Positions 1-9,534 of a DNA stretch of 41,529 nucleotides are shown here, in pieces. Numbering within the stretch: position 1 is the stretch's first letter; every line of letters begins with the position of its first letter. The stretch comes from a virus (taxonomy: Duplodnaviria; Caudoviricetes). Below the pieces are notes generated by a model, which ran no database searches, was not told where the DNA came from, and saw nothing but the letters and a program-made list of their open reading frames with translations. A program made the position numbers and the translations under genes. The stretch is from positions 1 to 41,529 of the IMG/VR virus record IMGVR_UViG_3300037722_000461, one strand, 5' to 3'.

Positions 1-180
1 GGGCGTTATGGAGCAGAGGCTATCGAAGCCTTCGGTGAAGATCCCGACCTGCACTACGTCCAGCAATTGTGGGATGAGCTCACCCCGGAAACGCGCAGGG
101 TCATCCGCGATCAAGTCGAAGAATTGGCATCACAAAATGGAAAACGAAACAAATCGAAACGAAGAACTCGCGCGACTTGA
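1..180 (+). CDS. C-terminal part of a CI-like repressor (continues from 41379-41529 across the circular junction)
   Basis: Frame 1 is open from base 1 (GRYGAEAIEAFGEDPDLHYVQQLWDELTPETRRVIRDQVEEL...) to TGA at 178-180; plausible continuation of the HTH N-terminus at the window end. Confidence 0.7.
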   Translation, partial: GRYGAEAIEAFGEDPDLHYVQQLWDELTPETRRVIRDQVEELASQNGKRNKSKRRTRAT

Positions 181-349
181 GCGTGCCTGGCGTCGGCTCA
201 CCTGGTGGCAAAAGAAAACCATCGTCGTCCCGCTTCGCTTCGAGCGTCTGCTGGATGCGATGGCGCTCGAACCCTGGTACTGGCTGCAGCGTCACATCAC
301 ATCCCGCCGCGCGCATTTTGCCTTTTGGTATCCCGCTCATTGGTTGTAA
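137..349 (+). CDS. Hypothetical protein (70 aa) in immunity operon
   Basis: ATG at 137 (MENETNRNEE...) overlaps the end of the repressor; the longer ORF from 8 overlaps the repressor frame. Confidence 0.55.
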   Translation: MENETNRNEELARLERAWRRLTWWQKKTIVVPLRFERLLDAMALEPWYWLQRHITSRRAHFAFWYPAHWL

Positions 350-358
350 GGAGGTAAT

Positions 359-949
359 GTGCGTAAGCTAACTCTGATCATTATCATTTTCCTATCGGCT
401 TGCGCACCCTCGGAGAGTTTGGTTCAGACGGCATTGGCTGAGACAGTGGCAGCCAATCCAACGTCAACCTCCTTTACGGAAACACCCACACCATCGCCCG
501 AAACCACACCAACGGCTTCGCAAACCCCGCTCCCAACAAAAGACCCGAGGGTGCCTTACGTTGTTGCCTACGTTGAACTCATGAAGAAATGGTACGATGC
601 TCTTGTACGTATCCAGACAAACAACCAGCGCATCGCCGAAGAAGGGGTGTCAATATATGATGATGAAGAATTTAGAGACGAACTGACATCGTCCCTGTCT
701 GATTTTGAACAGGTTGCCAAAGACTTGGAGATGTTGAAACCGCCTGTTCCTGAATTGCAATGGTTTGCAGATCATGCTGAAGAACTAAGAACACACTCAG
801 ACCTTTTCGTTGAATTTTATAGGCTAGGGCTCCTGGGTGACGACTCTTCAATGGAACTCGCCATCTCCTTCCTGGAAGACGCTTCTGATACTTATCTAAC
901 TATAGTTGACAAGCTTGACGTGTTGCTTGACGAGTTACTGGATGAATGA
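359..949 (+). CDS. Lipoprotein, possible superinfection-exclusion/lysogenic conversion
   Basis: AGGAGG RBS; signal peptide II with lipobox LSAC; T/P-rich linker; helical C-domain; located between repressor and attP. Confidence 0.75.
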   Translation: MRKLTLIIIIFLSACAPSESLVQTALAETVAANPTSTSFTETPTPSPETTPTASQTPLPTKDPRVPYVVAYVELMKKWYDALVRIQTNNQRIAEEGVSIYDDEEFRDELTSSLSDFEQVAKDLEMLKPPVPELQWFADHAEELRTHSDLFVEFYRLGLLGDDSSMELAISFLEDASDTYLTIVDKLDVLLDELLDE

Positions 950-961
950 TCCTTCGTCAAA

Positions 962-973
962 GAACATCTGTTC
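962..973. promoter_or_regulatory. Putative LexA (SOS) box GAAC-N4-GTTC
   Basis: GAACATCTGTTC, intergenic; matches the Firmicutes/Actinobacteria/Chloroflexota LexA consensus. Confidence 0.55.
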
Positions 974-1000
974 GCCTGGGCGGCATGTGCCAGGTCTCGC

Positions 1001-1040
<40 letters not shown>

Positions 1041-1073
1041 AATTGAAGATCCGTCTGCGCACGCGTCTTCACA

Positions 1074-1139
1074 ATAAGGAGCGAGACTCATTACCACACA
1101 GGAACACCACTTACCCTGTGTGATGAGGCTCGCCCTTAT
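1074..1139 (+). other. Long imperfect hairpin upstream of the Xis-like gene
   Basis: ATAAGG.GCGAG..TCAT...CACACAGG-loop-CCTGTGTG.ATGA..CTCGC.CCTTAT. Confidence 0.6.
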
Positions 1140-1157
1140 GATTCAAGGAGAAGACAC

Positions 1158-1574
1158 GTGCGCAAAAAGGATCACATCCCCGTTCCAGCTCTCAAACATC
1201 AGCATATTATCAAACTAGGCCGCATCATGGACATGCTCTACAAACCGTCCGAGATCGCCGAAGAGATCGGCGTCAGTGTCGATACGGTCTATCGCTCCTA
1301 TATGCCAGCAGGTTGTCCCTACATCGAAGACGAACACAAACGCTACTGGATTCACGGACCCGCATTTGTCGCCTGGGCTCGTCAAACCATCAGCCAGCGC
1401 AAACGAAATAGATACCCCCTTGCGGAGAACCAGGCCTGGTGCATGAAATGCAACCGTCCCGTGGAAATGAAACGCGCTCGACCTGTCCATCAGAATAGAT
1501 ACATGGTCATCCTGCAATCCACCTGCCCCCACTGCAGGACAAAGGTCAATCGGACGGCAAGGCGGGCGCCATGA
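1158..1574 (+). CDS. HTH plus Zn-ribbon protein, putative excisionase/recombination directionality factor
   Basis: PSEIAEEIGVSVDTVYR HTH; CMKC...CPHC; ATGA overlap with the integrase. Confidence 0.65.
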   Translation: MRKKDHIPVPALKHQHIIKLGRIMDMLYKPSEIAEEIGVSVDTVYRSYMPAGCPYIEDEHKRYWIHGPAFVAWARQTISQRKRNRYPLAENQAWCMKCNRPVEMKRARPVHQNRYMVILQSTCPHCRTKVNRTARRAP

Positions 1575-2536
1575 TAAACCGCGCCAATTACCTGCACGTG
1601 CGCGCCTACCTCGCCCACACCCAGCGCGTCCGCCAGCACGAACCGACCACCGTAAAACGCAACCGCGGCCACCTGCGCCACCTGCTCGAATGGGCAGACG
1701 AAACACTCCTGACCGACCCGCGCAGCCTTGATCCCTTCCCAGCCTACCTTGTCGAAAAAAGACTCGCGCCTGCCACCATCGCCAAAACGCTGACGGTCGC
1801 GCGCCAGTTCTTCAACTTCATGCGCGCCGATTACCCGCTTCTGTACAAACGGATAAAAGATTCGTGGATCGAATCGCTCCAGCCTCCCCGCAGTATGCGC
1901 CCTCAATCACGCCTGCAAAATCGGGAATATTACACGCTCGAACACGTCCAGAAGATCGCCTCCCTCCAGTTGGATGACCTGCACCTTCAGCGCGCCCAGA
2001 CCGCCGTGTGTATGCTCTTCCTGTCTGGGATGCGCACAGGCGCGCTCGCATCCATCCCCATACACTGTGTCGACGTGGCCAACCTGACCCTGCGTCAACT
2101 CCCAGAATTCGGCGTTCGAACCAAAGGCCACAAGGCTGCCATCACCTACCTGATGCCAATCCCCGATGTCCTGCAGGTTGTCAAACGCTGGGATGCCCTG
2201 CTTTCCGTGTTCCAGCTTCCCCCCGATGCGTTATGGTATGCCACCATCGCGCGCGACAATTCAGCGCTGACCGCCACCACCCAGGCTTTTCGCGGACGCC
2301 ACAACGCGGTCCAGCGCGATATAAAACGACTGTGTGAAACGCATGGGATTCCCTATCTCAACCCCCACAAACTCAGGCATGGATTCGTGGTCCACGCCGT
2401 AAAAAAAGCCCGCAACATGCGCGAGCTAAAAGCGATCTCACAAAACGTGATGCACGCGTCTGTCGTCATCACAGACCAGGTTTACGGTCGGCTCGTCGGG
2501 GACGACATTCAGGAAGTGATCAACACCCTGGCATGA
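1571..2536 (+). CDS. int: Phage tyrosine integrase
   Basis: SGMR, RTK, HKLRH, VMH and VYG catalytic motifs; adjacent to tRNA-like attP. Confidence 0.9.
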   Translation: MINRANYLHVRAYLAHTQRVRQHEPTTVKRNRGHLRHLLEWADETLLTDPRSLDPFPAYLVEKRLAPATIAKTLTVARQFFNFMRADYPLLYKRIKDSWIESLQPPRSMRPQSRLQNREYYTLEHVQKIASLQLDDLHLQRAQTAVCMLFLSGMRTGALASIPIHCVDVANLTLRQLPEFGVRTKGHKAAITYLMPIPDVLQVVKRWDALLSVFQLPPDALWYATIARDNSALTATTQAFRGRHNAVQRDIKRLCETHGIPYLNPHKLRHGFVVHAVKKARNMRELKAISQNVMHASVVITDQVYGRLVGDDIQEVINTLA

Positions 2537-2778
2537 TATTTGCAGTCATCCTCGTGCTCCAGCGGGTAAACGCATTGACAGATATCATGATCGCACGCGA
2601 TCCACAATTCAAGTGCGGCGTGCAGTTCGTCGTAGGTAACTGCCTGCCCCTCTTCGCGCAGGTCGAGCAGGCGGCAGTATTCACACCAGGCGATGTCCGA
2701 GCGTTTCTGGCGCGCGTGGCTCTGCCACCGCGCTGCGCTCCAGTTCACGCCAGGCTGAGGGATGGCATGGATCATCAT
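2509..2778 (-). CDS. Hypothetical protein, last gene of late operon
   Basis: ATGA overlap with the upstream holin-like gene. Confidence 0.45.
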   Translation of the reverse strand: MMIHAIPQPGVNWSAARWQSHARQKRSDIAWCEYCRLLDLREEGQAVTYDELHAALELWIACDHDICQCVYPLEHEDDCKYHARVLITS

Positions 2779-3149
2779 CTGGCACGCCTCTCTGCCTGCT
2801 CCTTGGCTAATCTAACAAGATCCTGGGTGATCTGCATTCGGTCGTAGCGTTCTTTGCTCGACCGTTCGTGGTCTTCAAGATCGTCCTTGATCCCCATGAA
2901 AGTCTCGTTGGTGCGGTCAAGAATCAGTTGTGCTGTCTCCTTGTGGCTGTTGGTTATGGTAAGGATGTTATTGTGCAACATCTGGGCGATGGTCACCTCG
3001 TGATCCCTATCTTCCTGTGATTTGCTTTTTGCGTTCTCTTCGCGGCGCTTCTCTCGGCGCTCCTCGAAGTAGAGCATGATATACACCGTGAACATGACGG
3101 CCGCGGCGGCGGGTAAATTTCTTACAAGTTCTAATACGGCTTCATCCAT
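2775..3149 (-). CDS. Holin-like protein (one N-terminal TM plus coiled coil)
   Basis: Hydrophobic LPAAAAVMFTVYIMLYF followed by a charged helix; in lysis region. Confidence 0.55.
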   Translation of the reverse strand: MDEAVLELVRNLPAAAAVMFTVYIMLYFEERREKRREENAKSKSQEDRDHEVTIAQMLHNNILTITNSHKETAQLILDRTNETFMGIKDDLEDHERSSKERYDRMQITQDLVRLAKEQAERRAR

Positions 3150-3729
3150 GAGACACCTCTCTCAACTGTTGCAAAAATATAGTGTACAAGGTTGGATCAA
3201 ATTTCAATGTCATTCTGTTCATGATTTCCAGCGCCAATTCCTTCTTATATGCTTTGCGATAGGGTCGGTCGGATGTCAACGCATCGTAAACGTCAGCAAT
3301 CGCCACGATGCGCGAAAAGAGCGGGATGTCCAGCCCCCTGCGCCCCTCGGGATAGCCCGAACCGTCCCATCGCTCCATGTGATATCGGATCGTGAACCTG
3401 ATCTCGATCGGCACTCCCGAAAGCTCCAGCGCCCTGTAACCTCTCTCGCAATGATTGGACATCCTCAAAAATTCGTCGGGGTCCAGACTGCCCTGTTTTC
3501 TGTATATCCTTCGGGAGATAAATATTTTCCCAAAATCGTGCAGTTCGGCGGCATAGCCAAGTATCTCGAGCGCGCCTTCATCCAGACGGTCTTCGTTCGT
3601 CAGGCGCTTGCCGATCTCGAGCGCCAGCAGTCGGGTGCGACCGCCGTGATCCGCGATCTCTGTCGAATCGTACAAATCGCTGATCCGTTTGAGAGTTCGG
3701 AGAAACCGTATCATCGAATTCGAGAGCAT
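3142..3729 (-). CDS. Stand-alone HD-GYP cyclic-dinucleotide phosphodiesterase
   Basis: LHDFGK, H(M)ERWDGSGYP, IADVYDALTSDRPYRKA motifs. Confidence 0.9.
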   Translation of the reverse strand: MLSNSMIRFLRTLKRISDLYDSTEIADHGGRTRLLALEIGKRLTNEDRLDEGALEILGYAAELHDFGKIFISRRIYRKQGSLDPDEFLRMSNHCERGYRALELSGVPIEIRFTIRYHMERWDGSGYPEGRRGLDIPLFSRIVAIADVYDALTSDRPYRKAYKKELALEIMNRMTLKFDPTLYTIFLQQLREVSHG

Positions 3730-3734
3730 GGTTA

Positions 3735-4466
3735 TTACCCGCTCCCGTCAGGCGTGCGCCACGAGGATGACGGCACGGGGTTGAAAATCCTGGTCACGTT
3801 TGGCAGTTCGTCACTCACCCAACGCGCGGCGTTTTTTTTCTCGAAATATATAGCTCTGTCCGCGATGAACGGAAAAACGATTGGATACATTATCCCGTCA
3901 ATGTAGCCTTGCGGAAACGGGTCGATCTGCGCCGCGTCTTTTACGCCCGTGCTGACCGCCACGACGTACCACACGTTATCCACGATCGTTTTCACGGACG
4001 GCATCTGCGCCTTGGCGTCGATACAGTGGATGCCTGGCACGCATTTTATAAGCTCGCCCTCATCGATGCCACGAAAAAACGACCCGCCAAAACCGCGCTG
4101 CATTTTGTCATAACGCGGCAAAGACGCTGTCAAGTCCCGCTTGTTCCAATGGTCACTGTGAGGAATGCCACCGTCAAAACCGTTCTGTGGGAAGTTGGTC
4201 ATGGCTTTGTCGTAGCGGTGCAGGTTGCGTATTTTCTGCGGCGTGATGGGCAGGCAAAAGAGCTTCATTAGATCGAGTATCATGTATTGCATCTGCTCGG
4301 TTATCTCCAGCGCCCGCGTCTCGTAAGGTGGATTGATCTCAGGCTTCCCCAGCGGCGGCATCCGCCCTCCCTCAGCTCCATGAAGCCAGCGATAGCCGTC
4401 GTACGTTACGGACGGCGGCGGGGGGACTGATACATCCAGACGGTTGATCTCGATGGTGATGGTCAT
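3735..4466 (-). CDS. Hypothetical protein in lysis cassette (243 aa)
   Basis: Start MTITIEIN at 4466 overlaps the endolysin stop (ATGA). Confidence 0.65.
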   Translation of the reverse strand: MTITIEINRLDVSVPPPPSVTYDGYRWLHGAEGGRMPPLGKPEINPPYETRALEITEQMQYMILDLMKLFCLPITPQKIRNLHRYDKAMTNFPQNGFDGGIPHSDHWNKRDLTASLPRYDKMQRGFGGSFFRGIDEGELIKCVPGIHCIDAKAQMPSVKTIVDNVWYVVAVSTGVKDAAQIDPFPQGYIDGIMYPIVFPFIADRAIYFEKKNAARWVSDELPNVTRIFNPVPSSSWRTPDGSG

Positions 4467-5530
4467 TTCGATTTGAGCGTCACATCCACAAGCGCGGGAT
4501 CGTATACGATCTCGATGGACGGCTTGCCGCTCGGAGGCGTCGTCGGCGGATCTATGACCTGGATGTTCCCGACCCAGGCCTTTGCAATGTAAGCATCGAC
4601 GCCGTTGTATTTGATCTTTATCCAGTCGCCATCCAGCCAGCCCTCGACCTGCGTGGCGTAGGACAGGTATCCGACAACGTTGGATGTATCCACCGTGACC
4701 TTCGAACTGCGCACGCGCAGACCGCCCGAGCTGCTGGATGCCGTGGTCGTGCCTGTTATATATTGCATATCGCCTCCTGTTGGCGGGGGGGGCGGAGCAT
4801 CCGTCACACCCGCCCATGCGAATAATTGAGATTCGGTTCCGTTGAAGAAGTTATGATCCGATGCCACCTGGCAGCCGCATTGCGTACAATTCCAGTTATC
4901 CTGCCAGAACGTCCAGGGCATCACCGCTGTGCTGCGCTTGTACTGGTCGGGTGGTGTGCCTGCGTCCGTGGATGGCCACGCGATCCACAGGTCGAGATTG
5001 TTCAGCCACTCAAGCCCGTCTGGATATTGATTGATGATTGAAACTGCAAATTCCGTGTAGGTGCTGCCATTTGTGTAAAGCACCGTTTTTTGTTTGGTTT
5101 GGGATCGTATCGTATCTATCATTCGTCGCGTGTCAGCGAACATCGTGTTGCTGTAGGTGTTTCCCCAACTCTCAAGATCGACCGCGTGCACGTTGTAGTC
5201 GTGCAGGGCGGCAGTGTTTATGTAATTATTGACCTGTCCAGTCCAACTGACGCCGCTGCGCTGGTAGTGATATCCGCCCCTGACTTTCAACTTCATCATC
5301 CCATCCCATAACGCATCGATGGCAGTATCACGGTAGGTGCTGCCCTCCGTCAGCTTCTGAAAACCAAAGCTGATCGGCAAGCTGGCTGTCTCAGGATCGA
5401 AAGAGACCTGGTAGCGTGCTCCATCCATACCCTGCGCGAAATGGATCGGCAGGGCAAAATTCAATTTCCTGCGCGATCGCAGAATTGTATGTGTCCGCTT
5501 GTTTAGATGCCTGATAAGCTCGATCGTCAT
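4463..5530 (-). CDS. Endolysin: GH25 muramidase plus SH3b cell-wall-binding domain
   Basis: GMDGARYQ, KLTEG, GGYHY, VDLE, LWIA, WTFWQ motifs; Pro linker; LRVRSS...WIKI...AYIA SH3b. Confidence 0.85.
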   Translation of the reverse strand: MTIELIRHLNKRTHTILRSRRKLNFALPIHFAQGMDGARYQVSFDPETASLPISFGFQKLTEGSTYRDTAIDALWDGMMKLKVRGGYHYQRSGVSWTGQVNNYINTAALHDYNVHAVDLESWGNTYSNTMFADTRRMIDTIRSQTKQKTVLYTNGSTYTEFAVSIINQYPDGLEWLNNLDLWIAWPSTDAGTPPDQYKRSTAVMPWTFWQDNWNCTQCGCQVASDHNFFNGTESQLFAWAGVTDAPPPPPTGGDMQYITGTTTASSSSGGLRVRSSKVTVDTSNVVGYLSYATQVEGWLDGDWIKIKYNGVDAYIAKAWVGNIQVIDPPTTPPSGKPSIEIVYDPALVDVTLKSK

Positions 5531-5531
5531 G

Positions 5532-5870
5532 TTAGATATCCTCCAGGTTCTTTTTGACGGCAAAACTGCCGTAATCAACATAACCGTTGTATCCGCCTGT
5601 CCAACCGATGAACGCCTGTATCTTCCAGGAGCCCACTTCGTCCAGGTCGGCTTCGTCGTCGGTCACATATTCGATCAGACCGTCCGTGCCATCGGTCACG
5701 AAGGCGGCTGTGAAAGTTTTTATCACGCCGCTCGGGGAACGGATCTCGATCGTCTTCGTGTCAAGCCCGCTGAGATCTTCGGGAACAGATGTGTCGGCAT
5801 TGTCCTCCTCGGGCACGAAGACCTGCAAATGCGCCCCGAGGGCTCCCTTGCGTAAATATTCGAGTGTCAT
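5532..5870 (-). CDS. BppU-N-like tail/baseplate protein
   Basis: DLSG...DGLIEYV...DLDEVGSWKIQA pattern; follows the tail fibre gene. Confidence 0.6.
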   Translation of the reverse strand: MTLEYLRKGALGAHLQVFVPEEDNADTSVPEDLSGLDTKTIEIRSPSGVIKTFTAAFVTDGTDGLIEYVTDDEADLDEVGSWKIQAFIGWTGGYNGYVDYGSFAVKKNLEDI

Positions 5871-8002
5871 TGTTGTTGTACCTCCAGGGTGACATTCACC
5901 TTCGATCGTTTGTCCAGGCTGATATCTGCCTCGCGCCGCAAGTCCTGCGCATCCGTGATCGAACTGTGCAGGTCGAGACTGCGCGTGATGCTGCGATGCA
6001 GTGCCAGCGATATAAGGATTTCATACACCTGCAGCCCTGAGAGAGTACCCATGGCCACCAGGACGCTGTCCACGCTCAACGATGCGGCCAGCACAAACTC
6101 ATTCCTGCCAGATGCTGTCAACTCGCTGGACGCATCCAGCAATGCCTGCAATGCGTGACTGTTCACGCCAGAGGCAGTCAAGCCGCTGGACACATTCATG
6201 GCCGAGTCAAGCGAAAACACGTTGAAACCTGCAGCTTCCAACAGGCTTGAAACATTCACCGCAGCAGACAGGTCCAACGTGTTGAACCCGCTCACATTCA
6301 ACTGACTGTTGACACCCAGGACAGCCGCAAGGTTATGCGCGCCGCCCGATGGAACCGTGGCCACCAGAACGCTATCCATGCTCAACGCTGCGACCAGCAC
6401 AAACTCATTCCTGCCAGAGGCGGCCAACTCTGACGATACGGCCAAGGCGGTGACCAGCGCGTGGCTGTTGAATCCCTGGGCGGTCAGTGCGCTGTCTGCA
6501 GCGAGAAGCGCGCTCAGTGCCCAGGCCCGTCCGCCGCTGGCTGTCAACTGGCTGTCCGCAGCAAGTGCGGCTGTCAACTGGAATATGTTGAATCCGATCA
6601 CATCCAATTGAGATGAGCCTGCCAAAAGGGCGTTCAGCGCATGGCTGTTGAATCCCTGTGTCGTCAGCGCGCTGTTGACTGACTGTGTGCTAGCCAGGGC
6701 GTGGGTATTCCTGCCTATGCCTGTCAACTGGCTCGAGGCGGCTTCCGCAGCAGACAAGCCGAATGTATTGAACCCAGACGCATCCAACTGGCTCGAGCCT
6801 GACAGTGTTGCCGTCAGGTTGTAGGTTGTGCCTCCTGTCTCTGTGTAAAAAATCTTGATCGAGACGTAATCTACAAACACGTCCGCGTTGTCGCCAGTCG
6901 CAAGGAAACCAACGGCTACGCCGAAATCCGCATCCTTGACCCACGCATCTGTCAGGGAGTTCCCCCACAAGTCAGCAGATCCTCCCAGCACGACTATACC
7001 GGCGGCAGACGTTCCGAGCGGTATGGGAGTTGCCGCCTGGTTATCTCCGGCAGGCGCGCCCGTGGCGTCGAGAAGTTGGATCAGGTCAAGCGAGACGCTG
7101 CCGTTGGCGTAATAACAATTGACCTGTACTTCCACACCAATGATGGTTGCCCCGTCAGGCACGGCGGATAGTCCGCTGAAATGTGCGAGCAGCAGATAGG
7201 ATTGGTCAGCGGTGTCGAATGTTGGCGCGGTGATGGAGGCATCACTACCATCGTTGGCAGTAATGTTGCTCGCATCGCTCCAATCGTTGTCAGAATGAAC
7301 GCCGCTGCTGAGTGAAGATGCGCTTGTGGCTGACAGTAGACCCGTTGAAACACCCCCGTCCGCCGAACCGATATAGTCACCGCTATCGTTCCATGACACC
7401 TCATCGATGTATGCCGTGCCAGACGCGCCCGACGGAATAGTCGCGAAGCCAGCTACAATGTTCTGGATATTCGTCCAGCGGTCGAAACAATCAACACCTG
7501 TCAGTGTTGTTTGCGCCTCGTCGTCCACCCACCATTCAATTTTGGCGTCGTTGGCCGTCGAGTTGGTCGCCTTTGTAGCCCGCATCTCAATAAAATGCGG
7601 TGAGTCGGAGATGATGACCAGCCCCGAATCAGAGTGACTACCGTCATCGGCAAACATAACCACGCGCATACAAAGATTGCCCCCCACTATGGTATTTGTG
7701 ATCGTGGCAATGGATGTCCCGCCGCTGGTCATCAAACGTCCGGGCGATATGGCATCGAACTCGCTGTAACTCAAGCCCCCAGGATCGAAATAGATCCTTA
7801 ATTGTGCCACACCTGTTGTTGAGGCGGAGGCAAGAGTCTTGTACGCATATTTTGCATTGGTGTTGTCTACAACGTATTTCTGGCCGTAGGTCGTGCCGCC
7901 CATTCCGGCGTCGGAGGATACGGTCAGTTTGCCGCTGTCAAGGACAGTGCCTGTCCACTCGGAAAAATCGGCTGACTCGTGAGTGGCTTCAAACGTTGCC
8001 AT
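5867..8002 (-). CDS. Tail fibre/receptor-binding-like virion protein with ~25-aa repeats
   Basis: 711 aa; beta-rich N-terminal domains; repeated LxAxLxxxSxLxxxGxN units. Confidence 0.65.
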   Translation of the reverse strand: MATFEATHESADFSEWTGTVLDSGKLTVSSDAGMGGTTYGQKYVVDNTNAKYAYKTLASASTTGVAQLRIYFDPGGLSYSEFDAISPGRLMTSGGTSIATITNTIVGGNLCMRVVMFADDGSHSDSGLVIISDSPHFIEMRATKATNSTANDAKIEWWVDDEAQTTLTGVDCFDRWTNIQNIVAGFATIPSGASGTAYIDEVSWNDSGDYIGSADGGVSTGLLSATSASSLSSGVHSDNDWSDASNITANDGSDASITAPTFDTADQSYLLLAHFSGLSAVPDGATIIGVEVQVNCYYANGSVSLDLIQLLDATGAPAGDNQAATPIPLGTSAAGIVVLGGSADLWGNSLTDAWVKDADFGVAVGFLATGDNADVFVDYVSIKIFYTETGGTTYNLTATLSGSSQLDASGFNTFGLSAAEAASSQLTGIGRNTHALASTQSVNSALTTQGFNSHALNALLAGSSQLDVIGFNIFQLTAALAADSQLTASGGRAWALSALLAADSALTAQGFNSHALVTALAVSSELAASGRNEFVLVAALSMDSVLVATVPSGGAHNLAAVLGVNSQLNVSGFNTLDLSAAVNVSSLLEAAGFNVFSLDSAMNVSSGLTASGVNSHALQALLDASSELTASGRNEFVLAASLSVDSVLVAMGTLSGLQVYEILISLALHRSITRSLDLHSSITDAQDLRREADISLDKRSKVNVTLEVQQQ

Positions 8003-8035
8003 GGATTACGTTATACATTTCTGTCTGCCGAGACA

Positions 8036-8827
8036 TTATGCAATCGTCACGTCCAGCGCGCCCGCCGCGAATGAGATAACATCATCCGCGCCAATGGCTC
8101 CGCCGCCCGAGTGCGTCCCAAAAAATAACAGGTTGCCGTTCGTGGCCGCGTCCCAGATATCCGTGCTGTCGGGGGTGCCCCATGTGCCTGACGGCGTGGG
8201 CAGGGAGATCGTGCTGCTGTTCTCCGTATCGCCGCCTGTGGCAGACGGCGCGTCCCAGGAGGTGACCTGCACGCGGGAATAGTTGTTGCCAGTGACTTCC
8301 GCCCCGCCTTCGTCTTCATCCTGTGTCGTTGACAGCCCGACATAGATGCTGGTGCCCGGGGTTGTATAGGCCGTGTTGCGTAGGACGTGTGAGAGCAGGG
8401 CATTGCCGAGATAGGTCGAGACCGCGCCGGTCAGCGATATATCAAGGTCGCCAGCCGCGATTGAGAAGTCGATCCCGTCCTGGATGGACTTGGCTGTTGA
8501 CAGCGCGCCGTAGAAAAGCAGGTTTCCGTTAAGGTCAGCATCCCATACCCCGACATGCGTCACATCGGAATCTCCATCGCCGCCAGGGGTTGGGAAATCG
8601 ATCTGCGCGGTATTCGCGGTCGCCCGTGCTGACGGCGCGTCCCAGGATGTGACCTGCACGCGGGCATAATTCGTGTACGTGACCTCGGCTCCATTTCCCG
8701 CATCGGTCGGGTCGGCAATGTGCAGGGCCACATAGACGCTGGCGCCTGGGGATGTGTAGGCCGTGTTGCGCAGGACGTGCGAGAGCAGGGCGGCCTCAAG
8801 GTAGTCGCTGATGATGGCTGTTGTCAT
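8036..8827 (-). CDS. Tail structural protein with tandem duplicated domain
   Basis: ALLSHVLRNTAYT.PG...RVQVTSWDAPSA...WDA...GNLLF occurs twice. Confidence 0.7.
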   Translation of the reverse strand: MTTAIISDYLEAALLSHVLRNTAYTSPGASVYVALHIADPTDAGNGAEVTYTNYARVQVTSWDAPSARATANTAQIDFPTPGGDGDSDVTHVGVWDADLNGNLLFYGALSTAKSIQDGIDFSIAAGDLDISLTGAVSTYLGNALLSHVLRNTAYTTPGTSIYVGLSTTQDEDEGGAEVTGNNYSRVQVTSWDAPSATGGDTENSSTISLPTPSGTWGTPDSTDIWDAATNGNLLFFGTHSGGGAIGADDVISFAAGALDVTIA

Positions 8828-8849
8828 TTCAAACTCCTTTTTATCTTCA

Positions 8850-9530
8850 TTAGAATATCATTGCGGGCGAGATCGCCGCCCCGCCGCCTCGAAATGAGGG
8901 GTTAAGACAATAGCCGATGGATCGCCAGCGGCCTGTGCCACCTGAGATGGTCCACGACATGGTCACGCTTGCACCCGTGCCGAGTTCAACAGACATATTA
9001 TTCTGCCCGTTGTCCCCAGGCGTACCCTGGTATTTAACGAACGTCTGGCTGGCGTGGGCGGTAAATGTGCCGGTGTCATCGGAGTACCCGACGCAATCGA
9101 CCACAAGCCCGCTTGGCGTGGATGGCACGGCAATCGTAACTGGCGAGGCTGTGCTTTGACCTACGACAGGTGTGTCGTGCAGAACGCTCGTCTGGTTGAC
9201 TCCGTAAAAATCGCATGCAATGCAGGATATAAATCCGCTGCCAGTCCAATTAAGTGCCAACGTATGTGCGCCAGTTGCTGGCGCGACAAGAACGAAGGCT
9301 GCCACTCTAAGGTCGGTCGAACCATATTCAATCAATTTCGTCATGGCCACGCCATTATATGTAGCCGAAATGATATTTGGCACGTTCGTGTCCATGGTTA
9401 CATGCAGCACAAGACAGGTATCCTCCCCTGCCGCGACAGTGTGCGAGAAAGAGTGAGAGGTACCAGCGGAGGCGCTCGCTGAGCCCGTGGGTGTGCCGTA
9501 TGTAATATCCGTTCCAGCGATCGTGGTCAT
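8850..9530 (-). CDS. Virion/tail-associated protein
   Basis: Start MTTIAG; S/T/G-rich beta protein among tail genes. Confidence 0.6.
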   Translation of the reverse strand: MTTIAGTDITYGTPTGSASASAGTSHSFSHTVAAGEDTCLVLHVTMDTNVPNIISATYNGVAMTKLIEYGSTDLRVAAFVLVAPATGAHTLALNWTGSGFISCIACDFYGVNQTSVLHDTPVVGQSTASPVTIAVPSTPSGLVVDCVGYSDDTGTFTAHASQTFVKYQGTPGDNGQNNMSVELGTGASVTMSWTISGGTGRWRSIGYCLNPSFRGGGAAISPAMIF

Positions 9531-9534
9531 ATCT

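Noticed and set aside
3076-3906. 276-aa + strand ORF and other long antisense ORFs (e.g. 17098-18114, 18660-19388, 31094-31879)
   Set aside because: They are shadows of well-supported - strand genes in GC-rich DNA, with no motifs.
8036-8827. Near-identical DNA repeats in a tail gene as a possible DGR template/variable pair
   Set aside because: No reverse transcriptase in the genome; both copies are in frame within one gene and the differences are not adenine-specific, so this is a domain duplication.
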